Shown: positions 41,743 to 50,720 of the stretch, piece by piece
Layout: each line of letters starts with the position of its first letter
Numbering within the stretch: the first letter of the stretch is position 1
Assembly (NCBI GenBank): GCA_040776945.1
Contig: JAXGZN010000002.1
Coordinates: forward strand, 576,001-640,000
Direction of reading: 5' to 3'
DNA from: Methanomassiliicoccaceae archaeon
Lineage (GTDB): Archaea; Thermoplasmatota; Thermoplasmata; Methanomassiliicoccales; Methanomassiliicoccaceae
DNA length: 64,000 bases
The notes under the pieces: generated by a model
The model's database searches: none
The model's input: the letters and a program-made list of their open reading frames with translations, nothing else
What the model was told of the DNA's origin: nothing
Position numbers and translations under genes: made by a program

Positions 41743-42294
41743 ATGTTAGAGATACGATTCCACGGACGCGGCGGGCAAGGAGCTGTCGTCGCTTCCGAGA
41801 TCCTAGCCAGGGCGGCCATGAAGGAGGGCAAGCACGCATCGGCCTTCCCGTTCTTCGGCGTGGAAAGAAGAGGAGCTCCGGTCATGGCGTTCTGCCGCAT
41901 CGATGACCGCCCCATACGCATCCACGCCGGCATCTACGAGCCGGACCACGTTGTCGTCCTGGACCATGCGCTCATGAGGTTGGTCAACGTACTGGAGGGG
42001 CATAAGGAAGGCGGCTCGCTGGTCGTGAACACCTCTCTTCCGCTGAAGGAGCTGAGTCTCCCGGAAGGACTGAGGACAGTGCTCATAGACGCAACGACCA
42101 TAGCTCTCCGAAGAGGCCTGGGCAGCGCGACCGCGCCCATAGTCAACACCGCCATCCTAGGCGCTTTCGCCAAGGCCTGCGACATAGTGTCCATAGATTC
42201 CATACTTGAGAGCATCAAGGAGTCGGCGCCGGCCAAGAAGGAACAGAACGTGGCGGCGGCCCAGGATGCCTACCGTGCCGTGGGTGGGATGTGA
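41743..42294 (+). CDS. porG: Pyruvate/2-oxoacid:ferredoxin oxidoreductase gamma subunit
   Basis: EIRFHGRGGQG, FGVERRGAPV, NTAILGA; substrate specificity not determinable. Confidence 0.92.
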   Translation: MLEIRFHGRGGQGAVVASEILARAAMKEGKHASAFPFFGVERRGAPVMAFCRIDDRPIRIHAGIYEPDHVVVLDHALMRLVNVLEGHKEGGSLVVNTSLPLKELSLPEGLRTVLIDATTIALRRGLGSATAPIVNTAILGAFAKACDIVSIDSILESIKESAPAKKEQNVAAAQDAYRAVGGM

Positions 42295-42569
42295 TGTACA
42301 GGACCTACAAGGATCTCCCGTCCGAACCGGTTGCGTTCCAGAGCACCGAGGACATCATGACCGGTACCTGGAGGACCATACGCCCGGTCATCGACAAGGG
42401 CAAGTGCATTCGCTGCTACATGTGCTGGAAGTTCTGCCCCGATATGAGCATGATCGTGGAGAAGGAGGGCGACTATCCATACGTCGACCTTGACCATTGC
42501 AAGGGCTGCGGGATCTGCTCCAACGAATGTCCGCGCGGGGCCATAAAGATGGAGAGGGAAACACTATGA
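42294..42569 (+). CDS. porD: 2-oxoacid:ferredoxin oxidoreductase delta subunit
   Basis: TGTWR..RP, two CxxCxxCxxxCP motifs. Confidence 0.92.
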   Translation: MYRTYKDLPSEPVAFQSTEDIMTGTWRTIRPVIDKGKCIRCYMCWKFCPDMSMIVEKEGDYPYVDLDHCKGCGICSNECPRGAIKMERETL

Positions 42570-43747
42570 TCGACATGATGAACGCAAACCACGCCGCCGC
42601 GATCGCCGCCAAGCTCGCGCGGGTGGACGTCACCGCTGTTTATCCCATCACCCCGCAAACGTCCATCTCTGAAAAGCTAGCGGAGATGGTCCAGAAGGGC
42701 GAGATGGACGCCAAGTTCCTCACCGTGGAGAGCGAACACTCCGCCATGTCCGTGCTGATCGGCGCTTCGTATGCCGGGGCGCGTACTTTCACTGCGACCT
42801 CCTCTCACGGCCTTGCGCTCATGCACGAGATGCTGATGTGGGCCGTCGGTGCGCGGAGGCCCATCGTAATGCCGGTCGCCGCCCGCACCATCGGCGCCCC
42901 TTGGAACATCTGGGGAGAGCATCAGGACGTCATCACCGAGCGGGACACAGGCTGGCTGCAGATCTTCTGCGAGAACAACCAAGAGGTCCTTGACACCGTT
43001 CTGATGGCCTACCGCGTGGCCGAAGACCCCGAGGTCATGCTCCCGATCATGGTGGTCGAGGACGGCTTCATAATGTCGCACACCGTGGACATAGTGGACG
43101 TGCCCGAGCAGGATAGGGTGGACCGCTACCTACCGCCGTTCAGGCCCAAGTATCCCATTGACGTCAACAATCCCATGCGCCACGGCGGTCTCGTGATGCC
43201 GGACTGGTGGACCGAGTTCCGCTATCTGATCCACCTGAGCCAGGAGGCCGCGCGGACCAAGCTGGTCGAGGCGGAGAAGGCCTTCGAGGAGGAGTTCGGC
43301 CGCAGCTACGGCGGCCTTATGGAGTACTACCAGTGCGAGGACGCCGATGCCATATTGGTGATCGCCGGCTCCGCCGCCGGCACCGCCAAGGAGGTGGCCG
43401 ACCGCTTCCGCTCCGAGGGAAAGAAGGTCGGCGTGGCAAAGCTGCGCGTGTTCCGCCCATTCCCGGCCAAGGAGGTCCGGAGACTGAGCGAGATGACCTC
43501 CACCATAGGGGTCTTCGACCGGTCCTACACCTTCGGGGACGGCGGGGCCATGTTCAACGAGGTGCGGTCCGCCCTGCAGCCAGGAGACTCGATGGTCAAG
43601 AATTACGTCGGGGGGTTGGGCGGACGCGATGTGACGGTGAAGTACATCGAGTGGATCTTCGAGGATCTCCTGAAGATCTCCGCGGCAGGCAAGGTCGACC
43701 GCGTGGTCGAGTGGGTCGGCCTTAAGGACGGAACCGGGAGGTGGTAG
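42566..43747 (+). CDS. porA: 2-oxoacid:ferredoxin oxidoreductase alpha subunit
   Basis: YPITPQT, ESEHSA, ATSSHGL, GLGGRD. Confidence 0.93.
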   Translation: MIDMMNANHAAAIAAKLARVDVTAVYPITPQTSISEKLAEMVQKGEMDAKFLTVESEHSAMSVLIGASYAGARTFTATSSHGLALMHEMLMWAVGARRPIVMPVAARTIGAPWNIWGEHQDVITERDTGWLQIFCENNQEVLDTVLMAYRVAEDPEVMLPIMVVEDGFIMSHTVDIVDVPEQDRVDRYLPPFRPKYPIDVNNPMRHGGLVMPDWWTEFRYLIHLSQEAARTKLVEAEKAFEEEFGRSYGGLMEYYQCEDADAILVIAGSAAGTAKEVADRFRSEGKKVGVAKLRVFRPFPAKEVRRLSEMTSTIGVFDRSYTFGDGGAMFNEVRSALQPGDSMVKNYVGGLGGRDVTVKYIEWIFEDLLKISAAGKVDRVVEWVGLKDGTGRW

Positions 43748-43748
43748 C

Positions 43749-44666
43749 ATGGAGAGCCCGACATCTATCAAGAGATACAAGCTGACGATACCTCACGAGG
43801 AATACATCTACCCTGGCCACAGCACCTGTCCGGGCTGCGGCGAGCCGCTGGCGCTGCGCTACCTCCTGAAGGCGCTGGGGCCCAACACGGTCCTCAACGT
43901 CCCCGCGGGATGCGGCGCGGTCATGCCCGGAGTGTGGCCTCGCTACGCGATCAAGGTCCCTTTCGTGGACCATGCCTTCGAGTGCACCGCGGCAGTGTCC
44001 TCCGGCATCAAGGCCGCTCTGGAGAAAAAGGGAAGGGACGACATCACCGTGGTAGGCTGGGCCGGAGACGGCGGCACCGTGGACATCGGGCTCCAAGCAC
44101 TGTCCGGCGCGGTGGACCGTAACACCGACATCCTGTACGTGATGTACGACAACGAGGCGTACATGAACACCGGGATACAGTGCTCCGGCTCCACCCCCTG
44201 CGGGGCGTGGACCACCACAACCCCGGGAGGAAGGAACGTGAAGCAGCGTCAGGGGAAGAAGAGGATCCTCGAGATGATGATCGCCAACGGCATAGTGTTC
44301 GGAGCGACCGTTTCCGTGGCCTACCCCGATGACTTCATCAGAACAATCCGCAAGGCCAAGGACATCAAGGGCCCCAGGTTCATCCATGCATACACGCCAT
44401 GTCCCTCGGGATGGAGGATGGACCCCCGGAAGGCGATCGAGGTCTCGAGGCTGGCGGTCCGCACAGGGGCCTTCCCCCTATACGAATATCACAACGGGAA
44501 GTACAAGTTCACCAAAGAGATTAAGAAGAGGAAGCCGGTTGAAGAATATCTTCGCCTCCAGGGGAGGTTCAGGCACCTGACCCCCGCTGACGTGGCCGAG
44601 GTCCAGGCCCTTGTCGATCGCGAGTACAAGGAGCTGGTGGCCAAGGTGGGGGCGGGCGGACGGTGA
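43749..44666 (+). CDS. porB: 2-oxoacid:ferredoxin oxidoreductase beta subunit
   Basis: GHSTCPGCG, GDGG..DIG, DNEAYMNTG (TPP binding). Confidence 0.93.
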   Translation: MESPTSIKRYKLTIPHEEYIYPGHSTCPGCGEPLALRYLLKALGPNTVLNVPAGCGAVMPGVWPRYAIKVPFVDHAFECTAAVSSGIKAALEKKGRDDITVVGWAGDGGTVDIGLQALSGAVDRNTDILYVMYDNEAYMNTGIQCSGSTPCGAWTTTTPGGRNVKQRQGKKRILEMMIANGIVFGATVSVAYPDDFIRTIRKAKDIKGPRFIHAYTPCPSGWRMDPRKAIEVSRLAVRTGAFPLYEYHNGKYKFTKEIKKRKPVEEYLRLQGRFRHLTPADVAEVQALVDREYKELVAKVGAGGR

Positions 44667-44670
44667 CCGG

Positions 44671-46485
44671 TTGGACAAGCTGCTGGAGAATAGCGGGAGG
44701 CTCCTCCTGCTGGGTAACGAGGCTATAGCTAGAGGTCTGATTGAGGCAGGGGTCGGGGTCGCTACCACCTACCCGGGCACGCCCTCCTCGGAGGTGGGGG
44801 GCATACTCGAGAACATCGCCGCGGATGCTGGGATGTACTTCGAGTACTCAATTAACGAGAAGGTAGCTCTCGAGGTCGCCGGGGCCGCCGCAGCTTCCGG
44901 GGTGCGTTCCTTCGCGTTCATGAAGCACGTTGGACTCAACGTCGCCAGCGACGCGTTCATGACCCTCTCCTATACCGGCGTCAGGGCCGGCATGGTCATA
45001 ATGTCCGCCGACGACCCCTCCTGCCACTCCTCACAGAACGAGCAGGACAACCGCTTCTACGCCAAGCTCGGACTTTACCCCATGATGGAGCCGTCCACGC
45101 CGGCGGAGGCGAGGGATATGCTGGTGGAGGCTTTCCGCATCTCCGAGACCCTGGGCGCGCCGGTGCTGTTCCGCACCACCACCCGAGTGAACCACGCGCG
45201 AGGCGCGGTGGAGCTCCGCCCCGCGCCGAACCCTGTCCGCAGGTCCAATTTCGAGAAGGACCCCCAGAGGTTCGTTACCGTTCCCGCCAACGCCCGCCTC
45301 GGCCGGCTGGAGCAGCTTAAAAGGATGGACAAGGCGCTGAAGCTCTCTGAGGCCTCGAAGCTGAACTTCGTGGTCGGCAACTCCCGCGTGGGGGTCATCA
45401 CCAGCGGGGTCACCTATACATATGCCAGAGAGTGGCTGGATGACGTGGAGATCCTAAAGCTCGGGTTCACCAACCCGGTGCCGGAGGATATGGTCCGCCG
45501 CTTCCTCAAGGGCAAGCAGCGCGTGGTGGTATTGGAGGAGCTGGAGCCGTACCTCGAGGACGAGGTGCGGCGGATCGCCCAGCAGGCCGGGATCGATATC
45601 GAGATACTGGGCAAACGCACCGGGCACCTTCCCCGGGCGTTCGAGTACTCGCCTGACCTCATCCTTTCGCTCGGCTCCGTACTAAAGGTCAGGCCGGAGA
45701 GGACGCCCCTGCCTTCGGTGCCCTTGAAGCTGCCTCCCCGTCCGCCGGTGCTGTGCGCAGGCTGCCCCCACCGCTCTACCTATTACGCGGTGAAGAAGGC
45801 GGTGGGCAAGGATGGCGCGATCTACTCGACCGACATTGGGTGCTACACCTTGGGCGTCCAGCCGCCGATGCAGTGTGCCGACTTCGTGCTGTGCATGGGC
45901 TCCTCCGTCGGCGCCGCGGGAGGCTTCGTAGAAGCGACCGACCAGAAGGTCGTGGCGTTCATCGGCGATTCGACGTTCTTCCATGCCGGCATTCCGGGGC
46001 TGATCAACGCGGTTTACAACCGGCACAACTACACGCTTGTCATCCTCGACAACCGCACCACGGCCATGACCGGCCACCAGCCCAATCCGGGCGTGGGGCG
46101 CGATTATTGCGGCATCGAGACCATAGGTCTGCCGATCGAGCCTCTGGTCCGAGCGTGCGGCGTCGAGCACGTGCGGACGGTCGACCCGTACGACCTGAAG
46201 GCGACAATCGAGGTGATGAAGGAAGCCGTCGAATACAGCGGGCTCTCGGTGGTCATCTCCGAGCATCCCTGCCCTCTCGCGGTCAGGAAGGAAGGCAAGC
46301 TCGCCCCGGTGAAGTACGCTATAGACCAGGAGAAGTGCATCAGGTGCTACACCTGCGTCTCCAAGTACTCCTGCCCGGCCCTCAGCAAGGAGGGCGGCAT
46401 GGTGAGCATAGACCTCTCGCTGTGCATCGGATGCGGGTGCTGCGCGCAGGTATGCCCCAAGCAGGCCATCGAGGTGGTCCAGTGA
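44671..46485 (+). CDS. iorA: Indolepyruvate:ferredoxin oxidoreductase alpha subunit
   Basis: LLGNEAIARG, YPGTPSSE, MKHVGLNVA, LCAGCPHR, C-terminal ferredoxin; TTG start after GGTGA. Confidence 0.95.
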   Translation: MDKLLENSGRLLLLGNEAIARGLIEAGVGVATTYPGTPSSEVGGILENIAADAGMYFEYSINEKVALEVAGAAAASGVRSFAFMKHVGLNVASDAFMTLSYTGVRAGMVIMSADDPSCHSSQNEQDNRFYAKLGLYPMMEPSTPAEARDMLVEAFRISETLGAPVLFRTTTRVNHARGAVELRPAPNPVRRSNFEKDPQRFVTVPANARLGRLEQLKRMDKALKLSEASKLNFVVGNSRVGVITSGVTYTYAREWLDDVEILKLGFTNPVPEDMVRRFLKGKQRVVVLEELEPYLEDEVRRIAQQAGIDIEILGKRTGHLPRAFEYSPDLILSLGSVLKVRPERTPLPSVPLKLPPRPPVLCAGCPHRSTYYAVKKAVGKDGAIYSTDIGCYTLGVQPPMQCADFVLCMGSSVGAAGGFVEATDQKVVAFIGDSTFFHAGIPGLINAVYNRHNYTLVILDNRTTAMTGHQPNPGVGRDYCGIETIGLPIEPLVRACGVEHVRTVDPYDLKATIEVMKEAVEYSGLSVVISEHPCPLAVRKEGKLAPVKYAIDQEKCIRCYTCVSKYSCPALSKEGGMVSIDLSLCIGCGCCAQVCPKQAIEVVQ

Positions 46486-47072
46486 AGTACAACATCCAGC
46501 TTGTGGGAGTGGGCGGGCAGGGAGTGCTCCTGGCATCCACCGTCCTTGGCAACGCGGCGGTGGCCGAGGGGCTCCAGGTCGCCATGTCCGAGGTCCATGG
46601 CATGGCCCAGAGAGGCGGCAGCGTGCTGTGCTCGGTGCGCATGGGCGATGAGATATTCAGTCCCCTCATACCCATGGGGTCCGCGGACATCCTGCTGGGC
46701 TTCGAACCGGTGGAGACCTGCCGCGCGCTCAACACCGCGAACAAGGACAGTCACATCATCACCAACATCACGCCGGTGGTCCCCATCAGCGTCTCGGCCG
46801 GCAAGGAGACCTATCCTCCGATCAACGAGCTTCTGGACGCCATCCGCTCGGTCAATGGGAACCTCATAGCGCTGGACGCCACCGCGCTGGCGGTGCAGGC
46901 CGGGAGGGCGATAGCCGCCAACTCTGTGCTCATCGGAGCCATCTCCGCGGTCAAGGGCTTCCCGCTGTCCCGCGAGCGCATGCTCGATTCGCTGCTGGCT
47001 ATCGTCCCGCCCAAGGCCAGGGACATCAACGTCCGGGCGTTCGAGCTGGGGTATGAGAAGGCCAGGTCCTAG
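46482..47072 (+). CDS. iorB: Indolepyruvate:ferredoxin oxidoreductase beta subunit
   Basis: GVGGQG, SEVHGMAQRGGSV; GTGA overlap. Confidence 0.95.
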   Translation: MKYNIQLVGVGGQGVLLASTVLGNAAVAEGLQVAMSEVHGMAQRGGSVLCSVRMGDEIFSPLIPMGSADILLGFEPVETCRALNTANKDSHIITNITPVVPISVSAGKETYPPINELLDAIRSVNGNLIALDATALAVQAGRAIAANSVLIGAISAVKGFPLSRERMLDSLLAIVPPKARDINVRAFELGYEKARS

Positions 47073-47109
47073 CGCGGGATCCGAATAATATTTAAGTTCC
47101 AACATCGCG

Positions 47110-47670
47110 ATGACCGCCATCATGAGATGGTGCGCTCCCCTGGCGGCGACGATGCTGGCACTATCGATCGTTGCCTGCGTCCCGCCCGCGGCGGCCTTCG
47201 ACGAGATGAGCGGGATAACCATGACCATGTCGCCGCAGGAGGCCACCAGCGGGGCCCGCCTGGACCTCGTGGTGACGCTGAGCAATCAGAACGACCGGGA
47301 CCTCACCATCACCTCGCTGACGGCGCAGATCTACAACGGCGGGATGTTCTCTCCGGAGGCTAAGTACGAGATGTACCACATAAATCCCTCCGAGGGCCTC
47401 GTGCCGGCTAACGGTACAAGGTCGTTCGAGCTCGGCGGGAACGCTCCTAAGTACGTGGGCATGTGCTCGGTGGCGGTGACCATCGCCGGCGTGTTCGAGG
47501 GCGATGAGAACGCCTCCATCGACATCCTACTCTCGTCCATCACGCTTAATCCCGATATCTGGGGCTTCATGCTGACGGGTGCGCTGCTGTTCATCATCCC
47601 GCTGGTGATCGCGGTCGCCGCCATAGCCGTCGTGATATGGCACAACGGCAAGAGCAGGGGCGGCCGGTAA
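47110..47670 (+). CDS. Exported protein with C-terminal TM anchor
   Basis: Signal peptide ending PAAA, Ig-like beta pattern, C-terminal TM plus basic tail. Confidence 0.7.
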   Translation: MTAIMRWCAPLAATMLALSIVACVPPAAAFDEMSGITMTMSPQEATSGARLDLVVTLSNQNDRDLTITSLTAQIYNGGMFSPEAKYEMYHINPSEGLVPANGTRSFELGGNAPKYVGMCSVAVTIAGVFEGDENASIDILLSSITLNPDIWGFMLTGALLFIIPLVIAVAAIAVVIWHNGKSRGGR

Positions 47671-47744
47671 GGCGGGCGTCCGAGAGCCCGATCGCTCCGC
47701 CGATGTCATGCCCGGAAAGGATCTCACGCCCTCTCCATCTAGCG

Positions 47745-48845
47745 CTAGGCTACCGGCGCCACCTGTTGCAGCGCGTAGCCGATGATAACTCGGATGTAGC
47801 CTCGAAGCCGCTCGTCCAGCTCAGGGTCCCCGGTATCCACCCGGAGGACCCTGGTCTCCCTCAGCTTATTGGGGGTGGCCATTACCACGATGCTCCGGAT
47901 GCCGGCCATCTCGATGACCCGGTGCGATATCTGCTGGTTCCCACGGCCGAAGATGAAGCCCTGGGCCCCGATGGGCGAGACCACGATCTTGGCCTTGGAG
48001 TATTGTGGCAACGCTCTTAAGATGGCGTCCTCGTCAACGTCCTTGGCCAGGAGCCTGCGGTCCGCCACCAGGTCCACCCCCAGCAGCGTCTTGCTGATGC
48101 CCAGCCTATCGGCGAGGGCCTTGATGGTGGTGCCCGGTCCAAGAATGTAAAGGACGCCGTTCTCCATGTTGTCGATGAAGTGCTTTGCCATCGCCTCCTT
48201 GTGCTGGTCCTCGGTGGCACCTCCGAGAGCGAGCTTGTACGGCTGCATCAGGGCCGGCTCGCTCGGCGTCAGCATATAGCCATATAGTGAACCGCTCAGC
48301 CTTCCTCGCCGCATCTCCTCTTCGTCCACGTCCATGACCTCAGAGGGGTGGGCCGGGAGGTTCTCAACTCGCGTTCTCCTGAGGAGGGCCCCCGCGTCCT
48401 GGGGCGTGTTGGCGAAGACGCCGGACTGCATCTTCACGCCCGACGGTATGCCGATGACCGGGGCCGCCTCACCGATCACGTCCATTATGTCGCGCGCCGT
48501 GCCATCGCCCCCGGTGAACATCAGAACATCCACGCCGGCCTTCAGGATGGCCGTGCATGCCTCCCTGGTATCCTTCTCCCCGGTTGGATCTCCCGGTGTG
48601 TACACGACCGTCACCCTTGGAGTATGACGCCGGAGGACATCCTCGCCCATCGTGCCTCCGGCGGTGAAGAATTCGTAGCCTTCGAGGTCCCCGGCGGCGC
48701 GAAGCGCCTCCTCGGTCCTGCGCTGGGCGATGGGGCGGGCTCCCCTCCTCATAGCCTCTTCCAGTATCTCCGCCGTATCTGTTCCCTTGAGCCCGGCCGC
48801 CCCTCCCATCCCGGCTATAGGGTTGATGATAAGTCCAACGCGCAC
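47745..48845 (-). CDS. ATP-NAD kinase family protein (COG3199-like)
   Basis: NPIAGMGG..GLKGTD, GGDGTARD, GIPSGVKM, TLLGVD, GRGNQQ. Confidence 0.9.
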   Translation of the reverse strand: MRVGLIINPIAGMGGAAGLKGTDTAEILEEAMRRGARPIAQRRTEEALRAAGDLEGYEFFTAGGTMGEDVLRRHTPRVTVVYTPGDPTGEKDTREACTAILKAGVDVLMFTGGDGTARDIMDVIGEAAPVIGIPSGVKMQSGVFANTPQDAGALLRRTRVENLPAHPSEVMDVDEEEMRRGRLSGSLYGYMLTPSEPALMQPYKLALGGATEDQHKEAMAKHFIDNMENGVLYILGPGTTIKALADRLGISKTLLGVDLVADRRLLAKDVDEDAILRALPQYSKAKIVVSPIGAQGFIFGRGNQQISHRVIEMAGIRSIVVMATPNKLRETRVLRVDTGDPELDERLRGYIRVIIGYALQQVAPVA

Positions 48846-48864
48846 GCAACAACATTATTGGAAG

Positions 48865-48934
48865 GACGATAAAAAAGATAGGAAAAACGAGAGGGACGGG
48901 GAGGCCGGGGGGACGTACCTCCTCGCGTCCCTGC
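48865..48934 (-). terminator. Hairpin plus T-tract terminator after the FtsZ-like gene
   Basis: AGGGACG...CGTCCCT inverted repeat, then TTTTTCCTATCTTTTT on the minus strand. Confidence 0.5.
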
Positions 48935-49738
48935 TCATCTTGATAGAAGTTCAGGACCCACTGTGGTGGTGAAGGTCATGTCCACGGCCTTCGGGTCGAC
49001 GCTGGCGGTCACCATCCCCGCTACCGGCGCGGCCGCGGGCCGGGCGACTATGGCGATGTCGGGCATCTCCCTGTAGTACGCCTCGACCTCCTCACGTATA
49101 GGCGAGATGAGCTCTTGAGTGATCCTCTGGGTCATGGAATCGATCATGCTTCCGATCGACCTCTCCATGATGGCGAAGCTCTCGTTGACCGGGATGTCCC
49201 CGGCCAGGTCCAGCAGCCGATCGTTCTCCAGAACGATCGTGTTCTCGGCGACCCCGCGGAGCTTCTTGATCCCCTCCTTGGCGGCGGCCTGCCTTCCCCT
49301 CTCGTACGAGAACGGGTTGATGGCGATGGCGAAGGTGACCGCGTTGAGCCCCTTGGCGACGTCGGCCACAATGGGCGCCGCACCGGTCCCGGTGCCGCCC
49401 CCCATCCCTGCGATGACGATGACTATGTCACTGCCCTTAAGAACGCTCTCGAGGGCCGATCTGGCCTGATGCGCGCAATGTTCCCCGACCTCCGGGAATC
49501 CCCTGGCTCCCTGGCCATGGGTCACGTCCTTACCGATAAGTATCTTCTTACTGGCGTTGATCCGCTCTAACTTGGTCTCATCGGTGTTGACGGCAACAGT
49601 TTCCACCTTCTTGTTGCTCCAGTAGATGCTGTTGACCACGTTGTTCCCGGCTCCGCCGCATCCCACGACGGATATCTTCGGTTCTAGGAGGCCCTTGCTT
49701 AGAGTGGCCACTAATTGATCGCTCTTGCTGTGCATCAT
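48935..49738 (-). CDS. Truncated FtsZ-family protein (GTP-binding domain only, 267 aa)
   Basis: GCGGAGNN, AVNTD, AGMGGGTGTG signature, PFSYE, NDRL; lacks the NxDxxD T7 loop and the C-terminal domain. Confidence 0.9.
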   Translation of the reverse strand: MMHSKSDQLVATLSKGLLEPKISVVGCGGAGNNVVNSIYWSNKKVETVAVNTDETKLERINASKKILIGKDVTHGQGARGFPEVGEHCAHQARSALESVLKGSDIVIVIAGMGGGTGTGAAPIVADVAKGLNAVTFAIAINPFSYERGRQAAAKEGIKKLRGVAENTIVLENDRLLDLAGDIPVNESFAIMERSIGSMIDSMTQRITQELISPIREEVEAYYREMPDIAIVARPAAAPVAGMVTASVDPKAVDMTFTTTVGPELLSR

Positions 49739-49848
49739 CCCCGCTCCCTCTCCGTCCCCAACCAAAGGTGGGCTGGAGGGCCCCATTGCTGGGGCCCCGT
49801 GCATCCCATCCCTCTGCAGACCACATCCCTTGGATCTGATAAGCTCTT

Positions 49849-50232
49849 TCAGTCAGGTATCACCTGTACCGTGCTCTTGAGGGCCTCCATTTTCTGCTTC
49901 TTCGTTGCCTCAAGGAATTCCTCGGTGTCGATGAACTTCTTCCTGATGCACTCCACCACCGCTTCCTCGGGGGAATTGTATATCCCTGCCCGGACCGAGG
50001 TCATGATGGTCTCATGCGCGAACCGGGGGACCTCGATAGTCATCACGTTGCTCTTCTTGCCGAGCTTCGTGGCTTCGGTTGCCCTGTCCCCCTCGAACTG
50101 CTCGATGAACGAACGAATGGCCACCCTGGCGAAGTTGGAGCGGTTCGAGTACTCAGGATGCTTCTTGATGAAACCATCAAGAAGGATCAGGTCCTCGGGT
50201 TCCAACCGCAGTGAGATCCTTTCTCCGTCCAC
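49849..50232 (-). CDS. Tandem ribbon-helix-helix transcription regulator (CdrS/CopG-like)
   Basis: ERISLRL...YSNRSNFARVAIRSF and a second unit VMTIEVP...YNSPEEAVVECIR; GAGGTGA RBS. Confidence 0.85.
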   Translation of the reverse strand: MDGERISLRLEPEDLILLDGFIKKHPEYSNRSNFARVAIRSFIEQFEGDRATEATKLGKKSNVMTIEVPRFAHETIMTSVRAGIYNSPEEAVVECIRKKFIDTEEFLEATKKQKMEALKSTVQVIPD

Positions 50233-50279
50233 GTTAGCTCACCTCTGTATTAGAGACGATTGGGAAATGTCCTATTTAG

Positions 50280-50419
50280 TATATAAAAATATGTCACTCG
50301 TCATATATTGTCATACTCAATTTTGATATTTTGATCCTGATCTACCCAGTCATCGATTTGAGAATTTATAATAATTTTTGGTAAAAGCCACAGTTCTATT
50401 CAATATGACAATGTACGAC
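50280..50419. promoter_or_regulatory. Promoter of the RHH/ftsZ-like operon with two inverted copies of a 16-bp operator-like motif
   Basis: Minus-strand TTTATATA at 50280-50287; TATGACAATATATGAC (minus, 50300-50315) and TATGACAATGTACGAC (plus, 50404-50419). Confidence 0.6.
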
Positions 50420-50720
50420 GGGGTCGATAATGGCCTTGCAATGCGAGCCGGCGGAAGATCGGCGCGATCGTGAGCGCCGCGGGCGGACCCAGCGCATCTC
50501 TCCATGCCCGGACCTTCCCGGCCATAAAATTGGGGCCTTACCGGACACGGCCTCAGAGATCATGAACGACCTCGGCGTTCATAGAGTCGCTCGCCGCACG
50601 AAGGGCGTCGCACTCGGAACCCAGGCAACCGCTCCCCATCCAGCCATGCCAACCAAGATGCGGTCGGATATGCATCCTATTTATAACAATAGCGTATTCC
50701 TGGCCACAATAGGTGTAGCG

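Noticed and set aside
45753-46481. Apparent 439-aa ORF extending iorB upstream; similar extensions for leuS (50430) and porA (42497)
   Set aside because: The extensions overlap other genes or precede the clear RBS; recognisable sequence starts at the downstream start codons
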